Shown in pieces: positions 38,037 to 48,107 of a DNA stretch of 64,000 nucleotides (position 1 is the first letter of the stretch; every line of letters begins with the position of its first letter). The DNA is taken from the IMG/VR virus record IMGVR_UViG_3300042868_012479, positions 18,524 to 82,523 of that record; one strand, 5' to 3'. Origin of the DNA: a virus. The translations under genes and the position numbers were made by a program. The notes beneath the pieces were generated by a model, which saw only the letters and a list, made by a program, of their open reading frames with translations, did no database searches and was not told where the DNA came from.

Positions 38037-39317
38037 ATGACTCAACCGTACAAGGCAATTCGACCCTGGACGGCCTCTGAGAAGCAGGACGCTGTTCGCC
38101 TTGAAATTAAAGAGTTCCTCAGTGCTCACCCGGACCGTACTGCTACGGCATACCGGCTGATGAGGGGCCGACTTCTTCGGGGCGAAAAGTCGTTTATTGA
38201 TCGGCGTAAGTTTAATGGCCGTTCGCGGGACATTATCCCGAACACGCTCGGCTCAGTGATTGCCTCAATTGGCAAACAGGAGGTTGACGTGGTTCACGAG
38301 GTTGCTGAGAAAGAGATTGCTTCCTATGAGGCAATTAGCGAAATTGAACGTCTAAAGTCCGCTCATCGCAAGGCATTGAAGAAGTTAGACGACAAGGAGC
38401 GGGACCGCAGCGAGTTGATCGAAGCGGTGTATCAGGCGGCCCGAGAGGCAGCCACGGCAATGCACCTTGCTCCAGTAAAGCCGCCAAAGTCAGACAATCG
38501 AAAGACTGATGACGAGACCGCAATTTTAATTCTTTCTGACTGGCAGCTTGGAAAAATTACCCCTACGTATAGCTCTGAGGTTTGTGCAGAGCGCATTGAA
38601 AAGCTTGCCGGAAAGGTGCAGCGCCTGGTCGATATCCAGCGCAAGGCACACCCGGTAAAGGAGCTACGCGTGTATCTCCTTGGCGACTTGATTGAGGGAG
38701 AAGATATTTTCCCAGGTCAGGCGCATCTTGTAGATGCATCCTTGTACAACCAGGTGTTCCACGGGGGCGAAATTCTTGCGGGGCTTATTCGTAAGCTTAG
38801 CGGGGACTTTGAAAAGGTTCGAGTTGTTGGTGTTATCGGTAATCATGGCCGGCTTGGTAGGAAGGGCACATTCCACCCTGAGTCCAATGCCGATGCAATG
38901 ATGTACCGGATCGCCTCAATGCTTGTAAAAGAGCAGGCAAACGTGGAGTGGGTTGAAACGCTTGCCAAGGGCGAGCGAGCATGGTTTGCCACTGACGAGG
39001 TCAAGGGTAAGACGTGGTTCCTATTCCATGGTGATCAGGTCTCCGGCGGCTTTGCCGGATTCCCTTGGTATGGCTTCGGCAAGAAGCTGCAGGGGTGGAA
39101 CATGACTGTAGCGCGGTTTGATTACAGCGTTGCAGGGCATTTCCATACACCAACCCGAATGTACCTAAACGGAATTACGCACTGGAGCGGTGGTTCAACC
39201 GAAAGCTCCAATACGTATGCGCAGGAGCAGCTTGCTTCTGCTGGTGAGCCGTGCCAATGGCTGCTGTTCCAGCACGAATCTGGGGTTACGGCAGAGTATT
39301 TGGTACGCCTCGACTAA
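38037..39317 (+). CDS. Calcineurin-like metallophosphoesterase/nuclease
   Basis: SDWQLG, GDLIEG, GNHG, HGD and GHFH motifs; N-terminal coiled coil. Confidence 0.85.
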   Translation: MTQPYKAIRPWTASEKQDAVRLEIKEFLSAHPDRTATAYRLMRGRLLRGEKSFIDRRKFNGRSRDIIPNTLGSVIASIGKQEVDVVHEVAEKEIASYEAISEIERLKSAHRKALKKLDDKERDRSELIEAVYQAAREAATAMHLAPVKPPKSDNRKTDDETAILILSDWQLGKITPTYSSEVCAERIEKLAGKVQRLVDIQRKAHPVKELRVYLLGDLIEGEDIFPGQAHLVDASLYNQVFHGGEILAGLIRKLSGDFEKVRVVGVIGNHGRLGRKGTFHPESNADAMMYRIASMLVKEQANVEWVETLAKGERAWFATDEVKGKTWFLFHGDQVSGGFAGFPWYGFGKKLQGWNMTVARFDYSVAGHFHTPTRMYLNGITHWSGGSTESSNTYAQEQLASAGEPCQWLLFQHESGVTAEYLVRLD

Positions 39318-40006
39318 GCGAGGCCGGCCTTACGAAGTTTGTAGCGGCGCTGACGCATGATCTTGAGATATTGAGATCTGCTCAGCCCGCTCAGCTTCTT
39401 ATAGCCAAACCCGCGCCCAGACTGAGTCCCAACGGCCCCAGCGCCAAACTTCTTTGCAAGACGCTGGATGGATCGCGGAGAAAGCTTTTGCTTTACTGCA
39501 CCGTATGGAGAAGCCCCCTCGGCAGCCGCCTGAACCGCCTGTGCAATATTTACTGCCATCGATGCGGCAAGGGCGGCGGCAATTCCCTGAAGTGTCGGCA
39601 TAAACTTTGCGGACGGCTCGCTCAAGAAATCAATTCCGGTGCTATCCCCATACGGGTTGCCCTTTTGGGTCGGATCTGTGCCGTACTCAACGCCAATGAC
39701 CGCCACGGCGCCGGCGCCACTTGCCTGCACGGAAAAGATAGACTGGGACTGCCTTTTCTTTGCAAACCCTTCGTTTGAGTCTGGGGAGACAAGGCCGGCC
39801 ACAAGGGCCCCGGTATCAACGGGCGCAAGCTCTGCCGCCATTGCGGCCAACCCATCCCCATCGGAGTACACAGCGGCCTCTACAAGGGGCAATGCAGCCT
39901 GCGTAAAGGCCTGCGCGGAAGTATCTGAGGAGTATTGCAGGGCCTGCCCAACCGCCCTGAGTTTCTTTGTTGCTGAGGACACATTGATATTAACCCTTGC
40001 GGCCAT
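39314..40006 (-). CDS. Tail completion/neck protein (HK97 gp10-like)
   Basis: LAPVDTGAL and VEYGT motifs; synteny. Confidence 0.7.
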   Translation of the reverse strand: MAARVNINVSSATKKLRAVGQALQYSSDTSAQAFTQAALPLVEAAVYSDGDGLAAMAAELAPVDTGALVAGLVSPDSNEGFAKKRQSQSIFSVQASGAGAVAVIGVEYGTDPTQKGNPYGDSTGIDFLSEPSAKFMPTLQGIAAALAASMAVNIAQAVQAAAEGASPYGAVKQKLSPRSIQRLAKKFGAGAVGTQSGRGFGYKKLSGLSRSQYLKIMRQRRYKLRKAGLA

Positions 40007-40008
40007 AA

Positions 40009-40338
40009 TTACCTTTCAACAATCCAGGCCTCAACCAACAGATGATGCTTCAAAGATTCCTCGTTAACAGAAGCAACAGTAAACTCGCTGCCGTTGGACA
40101 AGAGCGTGTCGTTGACCTGTGGCCGGTCTGAGCCGGAAACATACGGTATCCAAAATTTAAACACCGATTTGGCTGTTCGCCCAGCTGGGCTTGGCTGATC
40201 GTTGCCATAAGCCTGCTGATAATGGCCCTTCTTTGTCCAGACCAGAGTGTTAACAATGACTGGTGAGCCCATAGAATCTTGCGACACTTGGCCTTTTCTC
40301 TGAAGAGAGATTTGACTAATGAAACCAGGGAGGCTCAT
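40009..40338 (-). CDS. Head-tail stopper/closure protein
   Basis: DSMGSPV..W, PQVNDTL..FTV pattern; synteny. Confidence 0.7.
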   Translation of the reverse strand: MSLPGFISQISLQRKGQVSQDSMGSPVIVNTLVWTKKGHYQQAYGNDQPSPAGRTAKSVFKFWIPYVSGSDRPQVNDTLLSNGSEFTVASVNEESLKHHLLVEAWIVER

Positions 40339-41267
40339 CGAATTGCCGTCCGGATGTAGGCATCAAGCATCAACGTAGCTGCAAGCGGGATAGATGCAAG
40401 TGGGTCTCGTTTGCTTCGGGTTCCTCCCGCACCGGACTGGTCTGCGTAAATTTCCATCTCGCCCACGCGGAGGCGGCTAATCCCCTGAAGTCCTTGCTTT
40501 GCCACATTGTCCTTGGCAAGAAGGTCTATTGTAATCAGCGCAGCAGCGTCCTTAATGTCCTGGGGAATTAGGACGTTTCCATGCCTGTAGGTAATTTCCG
40601 CAACGGGCTCAATCATTCCCAGAGCAACAATTGCAGGGAATAGTGAGTACGTTACATTGGCAAGACTGGTGATTTCAACGTAGCCACGGTCGTCATTAAT
40701 AAAAATGTCATTAACGGTAAACGCAGCGGACTGGAGCGCGCTAACGTAAATCCTAACCGACTCAACGCTCACAATCCCTTTATGCCGAGGGTAAATGCGC
40801 CGAGTTGCCTGGTCCCACTTGTGCCGCTCAACGGACCTGCGGTGGTCAAATGAATACCCAACATACGAGTCAATCATCGAGCTGGCCATTTTTACAACTG
40901 CCCGAATCTTCTGATCGCTAACTTCGGTTCCATCTGGAAGGGAAAGGTCTCCAAGCTCGTACTCTCTAAACTCTGAAACCGTTAGATACCCCTCAACTCT
41001 GCCAATAATGTTAGAGCTCCAGGCACCGTTTGCCCCAGAGCCAGAGTTATTTAGCCTATATGCGTAATAGTGAGTTAAGTCTCCCTCTGCGTCGCTATAG
41101 GTATAGGACGACACATTGGCCACAAGGGAAACATACCCGAGAAGCTCCCAGGTACCAGACTTTGCCGTAGCATCGGTCTCATTATCTGCCCGGCCAACCT
41201 GAATGCGGTTGTACGTGCTGATATCCGAGATAATGCCTGGAACCGAGAGCGTTACAAGACTGGCCAT
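40335..41267 (-). CDS. Head-tail adaptor with N-terminal FN3-like domain
   Basis: YLTVSEF..ASSMIDSYVG..IPQDIKDAA adaptor pattern. Confidence 0.75.
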   Translation of the reverse strand: MASLVTLSVPGIISDISTYNRIQVGRADNETDATAKSGTWELLGYVSLVANVSSYTYSDAEGDLTHYYAYRLNNSGSGANGAWSSNIIGRVEGYLTVSEFREYELGDLSLPDGTEVSDQKIRAVVKMASSMIDSYVGYSFDHRRSVERHKWDQATRRIYPRHKGIVSVESVRIYVSALQSAAFTVNDIFINDDRGYVEITSLANVTYSLFPAIVALGMIEPVAEITYRHGNVLIPQDIKDAAALITIDLLAKDNVAKQGLQGISRLRVGEMEIYADQSGAGGTRSKRDPLASIPLAATLMLDAYIRTAIR

Positions 41268-41291
41268 TGTCTACCGCCTTTGTTTTGCTAA

Positions 41292-41606
41292 TTACAACGA
41301 ACGAACGTGCTCAACCCACTTTGCAGGTACTGCTGCGCGGGTCTCGCCGCCGGACTGAACTGGGCGAACCCAGGTGCCATCTGGAAGCGTGAACGAGTGC
41401 GTAATGTTAAGGGCGATATTCCAGATCCCTGGAAGTGCCTCAAAGTCTTCGCCACGAGCTTGTACCTGGGTCGCAGCAGCCACTGGAGCGGCTACAGGAG
41501 CAACCACAGGCGCTGCTGCTGGGGTTTCGGCAACAACTACCGGCTCAGCCTCTGGCTCGGCGTCTGGTGCCTGATTAATGCCAAATAGATTGTTAATGTC
41601 TACCAT
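41292..41606 (-). CDS. Hypothetical protein (Ala/Pro/Val-rich linker)
   Basis: SD GGGAG; head operon. Confidence 0.65.
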   Translation of the reverse strand: MVDINNLFGINQAPDAEPEAEPVVVAETPAAAPVVAPVAAPVAAATQVQARGEDFEALPGIWNIALNITHSFTLPDGTWVRPVQSGGETRAAVPAKWVEHVRSL

Positions 41607-41620
41607 TTTTTATCTCCCTG

Positions 41621-41851
41621 CTAGATGCGCTTGCATCCGTGATGCTGCGCCTCCTGAAGAAGGCGTAGCGGAATCTTGGACCGATTGCCACGGAACTGTG
41701 CGGATGAACCATCCGAAAACATGATCCGTGTGCCGCCGGCCCATTCGATTTCTACCAAGTATGACGGGTCTTGCGCAACAGCGAAAGCAATTGCTTTTCT
41801 GGCCATAAGCTCGTCAAAGGTAATTTTCCTGTTCTTACGTCGTTTTGCCAT
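41621..41851 (-). CDS. Hypothetical basic protein
   Basis: SD AGAGG; head operon. Confidence 0.6.
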   Translation of the reverse strand: MAKRRKNRKITFDELMARKAIAFAVAQDPSYLVEIEWAGGTRIMFSDGSSAQFRGNRSKIPLRLLQEAQHHGCKRI

Positions 41852-41867
41852 GGATAACCTCTAATGC

Positions 41868-41898
41868 AAAGGGGGCGGGGTCACTCACCCCGCCCCCC
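41868..41898 (-). terminator. Terminator after major capsid gene
   Basis: GGGGGCGGGG / CCCCGCCCCC stem followed by TTT. Confidence 0.7.
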
Positions 41899-41922
41899 AG
41901 GCATTTCAGAGACCTGCGTCGA

Positions 41923-43152
41923 TTAGATCGAAACGCGGATCTTCCCGTTGAACTGCGGAGCCTTGTTCGCAAGACCAAACATGCAGTACATGATGTACAG
42001 GCGTGAAAGCGAGCCGTTCACACCAACTGGAATCTCGAGCGTGGTGATCGAGTCCGAACCAAGGTACGGCATCGACCAGACCGACTCGTCCACGACATAC
42101 ATGTCGCGGTAAGCTACCGAGCTATAGGTATACGTCCCGATTGCGGTGCCAGGGATAGCCAGGAGCGGAAGCTCGCCAGCAGCCGTGACAACGGAACCAA
42201 GAGCAAGACCCGCTACTTCGCTTGAGCGGCTCGCGCCGTTGTAGCGAACAAGGTTCGTGACTTCGTTGACCAAACCAGCGTAGTCGGTTGGGTTCAAAGC
42301 GATTGCCGAAGGATTGCCACCGGCGCTAAGGATATCAGCAACGTTGTTGTTGATAACGCTTAGGTAGGAAGCAGTTCCCTTGTTGGCAATCTGAGCCTGA
42401 GCAGCAGTTGCGCCAAGGAGCTTGCGGAGACCATCGAATCCGTTCGCATCGTATGCGCCGAATTCAGTGGCCGCGCCAGCGCCCGAGGTGACTGTTGAGT
42501 TACCCTGGAAGAGAGTCTTCTGGAGCTTGTTTGCGATGGCAGTGACGCCACCCTCAAGCTCGGTCGAAAGGCCCTGCTGCCCCGGAGCGCCGCCCTGGGT
42601 AATCGCAAACTGCGACTTCAGGGTGATACCACGGCGGGTTGCCAAGACGGACACGTTGGTCGTCTGGCGCGCATAGGTGTTTACATCGTCTGTAACGGTG
42701 CCGGTCTCCGTCTGGAAGACTGCATCGCCATAGGCCGACTGCTGGTTGAACGCATGCACGAGGCCGTTTGCTGGCTCCTTGCGAAGGCGGTCAAACATTG
42801 GGAACTTCTTTACGAAAAGAGCGTAAAGAATTGGCTCAAGATCCTGGCGGATAAGCGCTGCGCCACCGCTGGCATCAAGAAGCTTGGCAATGTTCGGGTT
42901 CGCAACCGCAAGGCGGTTAAGAACGTCGGACGAAGCCTGCTTGCCCGTCTCGCGGGTAGCCTGGATGTCAAGCATTTCGCCAAGTTCCGAGCGATTCATC
43001 TTCGTGAACTTCTTGCGAAGCTCGCGCTGAGTCGCATAGGCCTCGGCGACGTCGATATTTTCGTCAGCAACACGGCCGACGAGGTGAGGGGCGGTGCCAA
43101 GGGCATCAAGGCCCTTCTGCACTTCCTGCAGTTTCTCGTTAATTTCACTCAT
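41923..43152 (-). CDS. Major capsid protein (HK97 fold)
   Basis: 409 aa directly after the protease/scaffold; LIRQDLEP, LFQGN..FDGLRK pattern; downstream terminator. Confidence 0.85.
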   Translation of the reverse strand: MSEINEKLQEVQKGLDALGTAPHLVGRVADENIDVAEAYATQRELRKKFTKMNRSELGEMLDIQATRETGKQASSDVLNRLAVANPNIAKLLDASGGAALIRQDLEPILYALFVKKFPMFDRLRKEPANGLVHAFNQQSAYGDAVFQTETGTVTDDVNTYARQTTNVSVLATRRGITLKSQFAITQGGAPGQQGLSTELEGGVTAIANKLQKTLFQGNSTVTSGAGAATEFGAYDANGFDGLRKLLGATAAQAQIANKGTASYLSVINNNVADILSAGGNPSAIALNPTDYAGLVNEVTNLVRYNGASRSSEVAGLALGSVVTAAGELPLLAIPGTAIGTYTYSSVAYRDMYVVDESVWSMPYLGSDSITTLEIPVGVNGSLSRLYIMYCMFGLANKAPQFNGKIRVSI

Positions 43153-43157
43153 GATTT

Positions 43158-44951
43158 TTACTCCTGGTTGTCCAGCATGCGCTGGATGACGGGCGAAAGC
43201 CAAGGGGCATTCGTCCCGGAATTGTTTGCAGCAACAGAATACGACTTGCGGCCCGATGGAAGATCCATCAGTCGCCCGACGACATCAAGTGCCTTAGCGA
43301 GGTCAGCCTCGACCGTGGCCTTCTGGCTAAGTAGTTCGGTCAGCTGAGCCTTAACGGCCGCGACCTCCTGCTGAGCCGCAAAGGCTGCATCCAGTGCAGA
43401 CTTAGCGATAGCGGTCACCTCATCGATAGCCGAAGCTTCGACAGCAACCTCGGCCTCAGGCTCCACAGGGGCCACAACGGGCTCCTCTGCAACCTCAGGC
43501 GCAACTTCGGGCTGCGGCTCTTCAGCCACAACCTCAGCTACAGGCTCGCCATCAGAGACGAGCTCAGCAACCTTAGAAATGATTCGCGCGCGCTCATCAG
43601 CGCTGGCGCGAACAAGGACGGCCCCAAGGTCCTGCAGAGCCTGAACGGCCGGATCAACGACCTCTTCAGCGGCAGGCTCCTCAGCGGCAGGCTCGTCAGC
43701 AACTGGCTCAGCGGCCGGCTCCTCGACGACTGGTTCCGCTACGGGCTCAACATCAGACTTGGCTACAGCGGCAGGTGCCTCTGCGCCTTCGGCCACCATG
43801 GCCTCGTTCTCTTCAGCAGGCTTAACCTTTTCCTTGTCATCGCTCTGCGTGACAGTGACGGTAACCCGCGTGGCTTTTTCAGCTTCCACGATAGTTTCTC
43901 CTTCAGCGAGCAAGGAATTAGCGGAACTATCCACATCGACCTTTTGCTCATATCCATCAACAACCCCCGCAGCGTCAATTGAAGCTGCTGGCGTAGACTC
44001 AATTCCCGAAGGAGTTTCCTCCAAGGAATTATTAGTTTCGGCGGCACCTAGGCTGTCGCCATTGGAATCTTCGAAAACAGTAACAACCTGGCCCTCAAAA
44101 TCTAGAACGCTTTTAAGCGCTTCAATTTTGCGCAAGGTAGAGAATTTGTGCCCAACAAGCCTGTCGCTCGGCGCCCACCCTTCGGACCCCTTTCGATAAA
44201 CCCTAATTAGCGCAGCTGGGTCTTCTGGTGTCCCCGTAATCGTAAAATCAGAGTCAGGCACGTTAATATTGCCGTCTCGAACAACGCGGGTAATTTTGCC
44301 CCGGGCCGTTCCGCCGCTTGAGCCCCAGGCAACAAAATCACCGGTAGATAGACCTTCGGCCTTCTCGTCAACGACAATTTCGCCGGAATTCTCTGCAGCC
44401 TTTAGGCTCTTGATGGCGTTCTGAAGATACGAACGCTGATTGGCGGGGATCCCGACGACCGACGCCTCCATCAGCTTGACAGAGTCAATAACGTAGCTAT
44501 CCTCGCCGGTCTTTGCGTCCTTTCGCTTGGAGACGCGGTCGACGCGAGCGCCAATAGAAAGACCAAGCTTAACGCCACGCTTAATTGCCTTAAAGGCACG
44601 CATTGCCTCAGGGTTCTCGTCTTCTTTACAGACAAGAACATCGATGTCCAGGTCATATACTTCTTGGCTAGTTTCCGCATCAAAACGCTTTACAATTCGA
44701 GCTTCGGTGACTGAGCCAAAAAGGTCCTCGGGAACGTTGTAATTGTGGTTAAGGAAGATTGTCATATTCTGCCGGGCTGTCTCTGCCATAGAAGAAATGG
44801 CGTTAAGAGTCATCTCGTCGCCGTGAAGGTCACGGATCGTCGAGGAGGTTGTCCCGGTAACGATGAGGTCGCCGTTTGGGGCCTCGTACGCCTTAAGCGC
44901 ATTTGTATAAACCTTGAAATCCACAGATACCTCCATGTGATCAGCTGCCAT
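43158..44951 (-). CDS. Prohead protease-scaffold fusion
   Basis: RDLHGD, FLNH, GLSIGA and EASVVGIPAN (HK97-type protease); Tudor/SH3-like insert; long acidic E/A/P scaffold. Confidence 0.88.
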   Translation of the reverse strand: MAADHMEVSVDFKVYTNALKAYEAPNGDLIVTGTTSSTIRDLHGDEMTLNAISSMAETARQNMTIFLNHNYNVPEDLFGSVTEARIVKRFDAETSQEVYDLDIDVLVCKEDENPEAMRAFKAIKRGVKLGLSIGARVDRVSKRKDAKTGEDSYVIDSVKLMEASVVGIPANQRSYLQNAIKSLKAAENSGEIVVDEKAEGLSTGDFVAWGSSGGTARGKITRVVRDGNINVPDSDFTITGTPEDPAALIRVYRKGSEGWAPSDRLVGHKFSTLRKIEALKSVLDFEGQVVTVFEDSNGDSLGAAETNNSLEETPSGIESTPAASIDAAGVVDGYEQKVDVDSSANSLLAEGETIVEAEKATRVTVTVTQSDDKEKVKPAEENEAMVAEGAEAPAAVAKSDVEPVAEPVVEEPAAEPVADEPAAEEPAAEEVVDPAVQALQDLGAVLVRASADERARIISKVAELVSDGEPVAEVVAEEPQPEVAPEVAEEPVVAPVEPEAEVAVEASAIDEVTAIAKSALDAAFAAQQEVAAVKAQLTELLSQKATVEADLAKALDVVGRLMDLPSGRKSYSVAANNSGTNAPWLSPVIQRMLDNQE

Positions 44952-45141
44952 CTTGTGGCCGCCCTGGCTATCAGTCAACCATATACTAATCTTTACGAGC
45001 ACTATATGGTGCCGATAAATTGACCCCGTTGTGGTAGATGATTAACAGATATTAACCACAAAAACAAAGCTGCGGACAATACGTGGATATTCTACGTCAA
45101 TGTTGCCTCTTGGCAGCTTGACGGTTTGCTATGATGCCAGC

Positions 45142-45567
45142 ATGGACATTGAACACGATAAGCATTACTGGGAAAATAGCAACCCGAATCCGGAGGCGTG
45201 CGTCCTGTGCGCAGAAATCCGTGAGCGCGGCCGAGAGGTCCGCGAGTTGGCGTCTGCTTTGATTCGCCTCCAAAAGACAATTGCTCCAGTCCTTGAGGAG
45301 TATCAAAAAAATAAGCGGTCGCATCCAAAGTGTGCGTCTTGCGGCATTATGTCTGGCCCACACCATTGGGTCATAGGCCTTACGCCAGAGCCGATGGTCC
45401 CCCGCGCTAAGGGGCAAAAACGTTATTCGGTCTGCAAGTGGTGCTATACTGATCTAAAGACATCGCGGCGAAGCGTTCCCCAGCAACGCAAGCACGACAT
45501 TGACAATAATGAAGCATTTAAGCGCCTAGACGAAACGGATGGCCTTGGTGAGGACCATGAGCTGTGA
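45142..45567 (+). CDS. Zn-finger hypothetical protein (likely leaderless)
   Basis: CVLC, CASC, CKWC; TGcTATGAT 6 nt before ATG 45142. Confidence 0.65.
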   Translation: MDIEHDKHYWENSNPNPEACVLCAEIRERGREVRELASALIRLQKTIAPVLEEYQKNKRSHPKCASCGIMSGPHHWVIGLTPEPMVPRAKGQKRYSVCKWCYTDLKTSRRSVPQQRKHDIDNNEAFKRLDETDGLGEDHEL

Positions 45568-45785
45568 TTCCCGGGATCGAAGGGACAATTGAGGTTGATT
45601 TCACAGACGCACGCCATGTAGTTCCAGCATATTGGGCCAAGTATCTGCTAGCATACACAGAGGGCTACCGTGGGGGTAGACGGGTCGTCTCTTGCACAAG
45701 AGCAGAGATGCAGGACATTATAAACCGACGCATGACCGACGACATCTTCTGGTCGGCAATTCGGCAAAGCAAAAACGGAAGGTAG
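45564..45785 (+). CDS. Hypothetical protein
   Basis: GTGA overlap with the upstream gene. Confidence 0.6.
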   Translation: MIPGIEGTIEVDFTDARHVVPAYWAKYLLAYTEGYRGGRRVVSCTRAEMQDIINRRMTDDIFWSAIRQSKNGR

Positions 45786-45786
45786 T

Positions 45787-47961
45787 ATGGCCGAAAATCG
45801 CTCCCTTTTGAATCGAATCCTTAACAACGTAGGCATTAGCTTTGGTTCATCCGAAAAGGCCATGACTACGGTTCCGGATAGCAGCTCTTCGCCATACGCC
45901 CGTGGCGTTGCCGGCGTTGCCCACGTGCAAAAGCGCAGCAGCGGCCAGTTGCGCCGCTGGTCCCGAAACAACCCTTGGATTCGTGCCGCAATCAACCTTC
46001 GCCGAACTCAGGTTAGTCGCTCAAAGTGGGACATTGTCGCCCTAGATTCTGACAGCCCGGTGAACCCGGCAAAGGTCGCGCAAATTAAGCAGCTGCTGCG
46101 CCAGCCAAACTCAAAGATGGAATCCTGGCGCTCACTCATTGAGCCGGTCATTGAGGACATCCTCGTCCTCGACCAGGGCTGCCTTGAGGTTGAAATCACA
46201 CGTGGCGGCAAGCTTGGCCTAAAGAGCAATCCGGTTGCTGGCCTACACTCCAAGGATGCTGCCCGCATTGTTTTTGACGCAAGCTGGGACGGTAGCGACT
46301 CAAAGGCCCCTCGATACTACGAGATAGACGAAGCCGGCCGGCAAGTCAACACTTTCCTCAACCATGAACTTATTGTAATTATCTCCAACCCGGTAACCTA
46401 TACCCCCCTTGGCCTGTCCCCGCTTGAAGTGCTTGCAGACACAATTGAGTCTGACCTTGCAGCAGCCGCATACAACGCAAAGGCAGTTATGGCAGCGGCC
46501 CCACCTGGCGTGCTCCACCTTGGCGAGGGCGTTCGCCCAGATCAAGTTGATGCATTCCGGGCATATTGGGATGCCGAGATTGCCGGGCGCAGCCAAATTG
46601 CCATTACGGGCGGCGGCAAGGGAATGCAGTGGATGCCACTTGCCTCCTCTAATCGGGACATGCAGTTCATGGAGTGGCAGGTATATCTTGCCCGCAAGAT
46701 TTGTGCCGTCTTTGGCGTTCAGCCACAGGACATCGGCATTGGAATGGACGTCAACCGAAGCAGCTCCGAGACTGGTGCGGCCTTTACGCAAGACGTTGGC
46801 ATTGCGCCGCTCCTTGACCTGGTTGCCGAATACGTAACCCGGGAAATTGTTTGGCGCTTTGATGAAAACTTGCGATTTGCCTACACGGATATGGGTCGCC
46901 AGAGCCAGGGCGAAATGTCTGCCTATTACAAGCAGGCACTTGCGGGGCTTCCATGGCTTCGCCTCAACGACGCCCTTCGAGAGCGCGGACAAGACGGCGT
47001 TGGAGAGCAGGGCGAACAAATCTGGGTTCCAACTCCTCAGGGTTACATGCCAATGGATGTCTACATGAAGTATTTGGACAACCTTGTTGCTGGCGGTGCC
47101 CAGCCGTCCCCGGATGGAAATACGCCACCAACAGCAAATAATCCTCAGGGTGTCCCTACCCCGCCGCAGGGCTCTGACGTGACCCCAGACAACACTCCGC
47201 CTAACTCGCCACAGTCTCAGACCTCCAAGGCCGCTAGCGACCCGATCATTGTTTGTGATATCGATGGCACGCTGACAACGCAAGACGGGAGCACCGACCC
47301 CAACCCTGCAGTTATCGCCCATCTTCAGCGACAATCAGAAAACCACCGGATCTTTATTGTCAGTGCGCGATCAATCAAGCGCCGTGATGAAACCCTTGCC
47401 TGGCTTGAGGAGAACGAGGTGCCCAACGACGAGCTTTACCTGTCTGATTTCCCAGCCGGAGCAGGTCTGCAGTTCAAGCGAAATAAGATTTCCCATATTC
47501 TTAAGGACCACGGTGTTGTCGTTGAGGCAATTGAGAATGATGCGGAGGTCCGTGATGCCTATAAGGCAGCTGGAGCGCAGAATGTTCACGGCCCAGAGGA
47601 TATTGCAAAGAATTACGCTGCGGCAGACTATTCTGGCATTAGCCTAAATGTTCCTGCTGCAGTAAAGGCCGAGGCGGCACGTGGCCTCAAGTGGCGAGAA
47701 GAGTTTGGCCGTGGCGGCATTGGGCCTGGCCAGGCAACGGCTCGCATGCTCATTGGCAACAAGATGACTATTGCTCGAGTCCGAAAAATGCGCGCGTTCC
47801 TTGCTCGGCACGAAGTTGACAAGCAGGGCGAAGGGTTCAACCCGGGGCAGGCTGGTTATCCATCTGCTGGCCGGATCGCGTGGGCCCTCTGGGGCGGCAA
47901 CGCCGGGCAGTCTTGGTCTAACAAGGTAATGCGCCAGGTCGAAGCGGCCGAGAAGGCGTAA
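45787..47961 (+). CDS. Portal protein fused to HAD phosphatase-like and C-terminal domains
   Basis: LRQPN, GLSPLE, DMQFMEW and ICAVFGVQP (HK97-type portal); then CDIDGTL..SAR HAD domain; then RGLKWR..RIAWALWGG. Confidence 0.9.
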   Translation: MAENRSLLNRILNNVGISFGSSEKAMTTVPDSSSSPYARGVAGVAHVQKRSSGQLRRWSRNNPWIRAAINLRRTQVSRSKWDIVALDSDSPVNPAKVAQIKQLLRQPNSKMESWRSLIEPVIEDILVLDQGCLEVEITRGGKLGLKSNPVAGLHSKDAARIVFDASWDGSDSKAPRYYEIDEAGRQVNTFLNHELIVIISNPVTYTPLGLSPLEVLADTIESDLAAAAYNAKAVMAAAPPGVLHLGEGVRPDQVDAFRAYWDAEIAGRSQIAITGGGKGMQWMPLASSNRDMQFMEWQVYLARKICAVFGVQPQDIGIGMDVNRSSSETGAAFTQDVGIAPLLDLVAEYVTREIVWRFDENLRFAYTDMGRQSQGEMSAYYKQALAGLPWLRLNDALRERGQDGVGEQGEQIWVPTPQGYMPMDVYMKYLDNLVAGGAQPSPDGNTPPTANNPQGVPTPPQGSDVTPDNTPPNSPQSQTSKAASDPIIVCDIDGTLTTQDGSTDPNPAVIAHLQRQSENHRIFIVSARSIKRRDETLAWLEENEVPNDELYLSDFPAGAGLQFKRNKISHILKDHGVVVEAIENDAEVRDAYKAAGAQNVHGPEDIAKNYAAADYSGISLNVPAAVKAEAARGLKWREEFGRGGIGPGQATARMLIGNKMTIARVRKMRAFLARHEVDKQGEGFNPGQAGYPSAGRIAWALWGGNAGQSWSNKVMRQVEAAEKA

Positions 47962-48107
47962 TGGCGGACAAGCTCTATCATATCCAGCCATGCTTCTGCA
48001 TTCCTTGCCGCGTCTTGCGTGCAACGCCACCGCAAAAGCCGTCTGCGTCTGATACCATGACCAGCGATGAAGCGAAAAAGCCCAAAGCCAAGCGCAAGCG
48101 CCCTTAG
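47961..48107 (+). CDS. Small basic Cys/His protein (48 aa)
   Basis: Read manually: MADKLYHIQPCFCIPCRVL...KPKAKRKRP; TAATG coupling to the portal stop. Confidence 0.45.
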   Translation: MADKLYHIQPCFCIPCRVLRATPPQKPSASDTMTSDEAKKPKAKRKRP

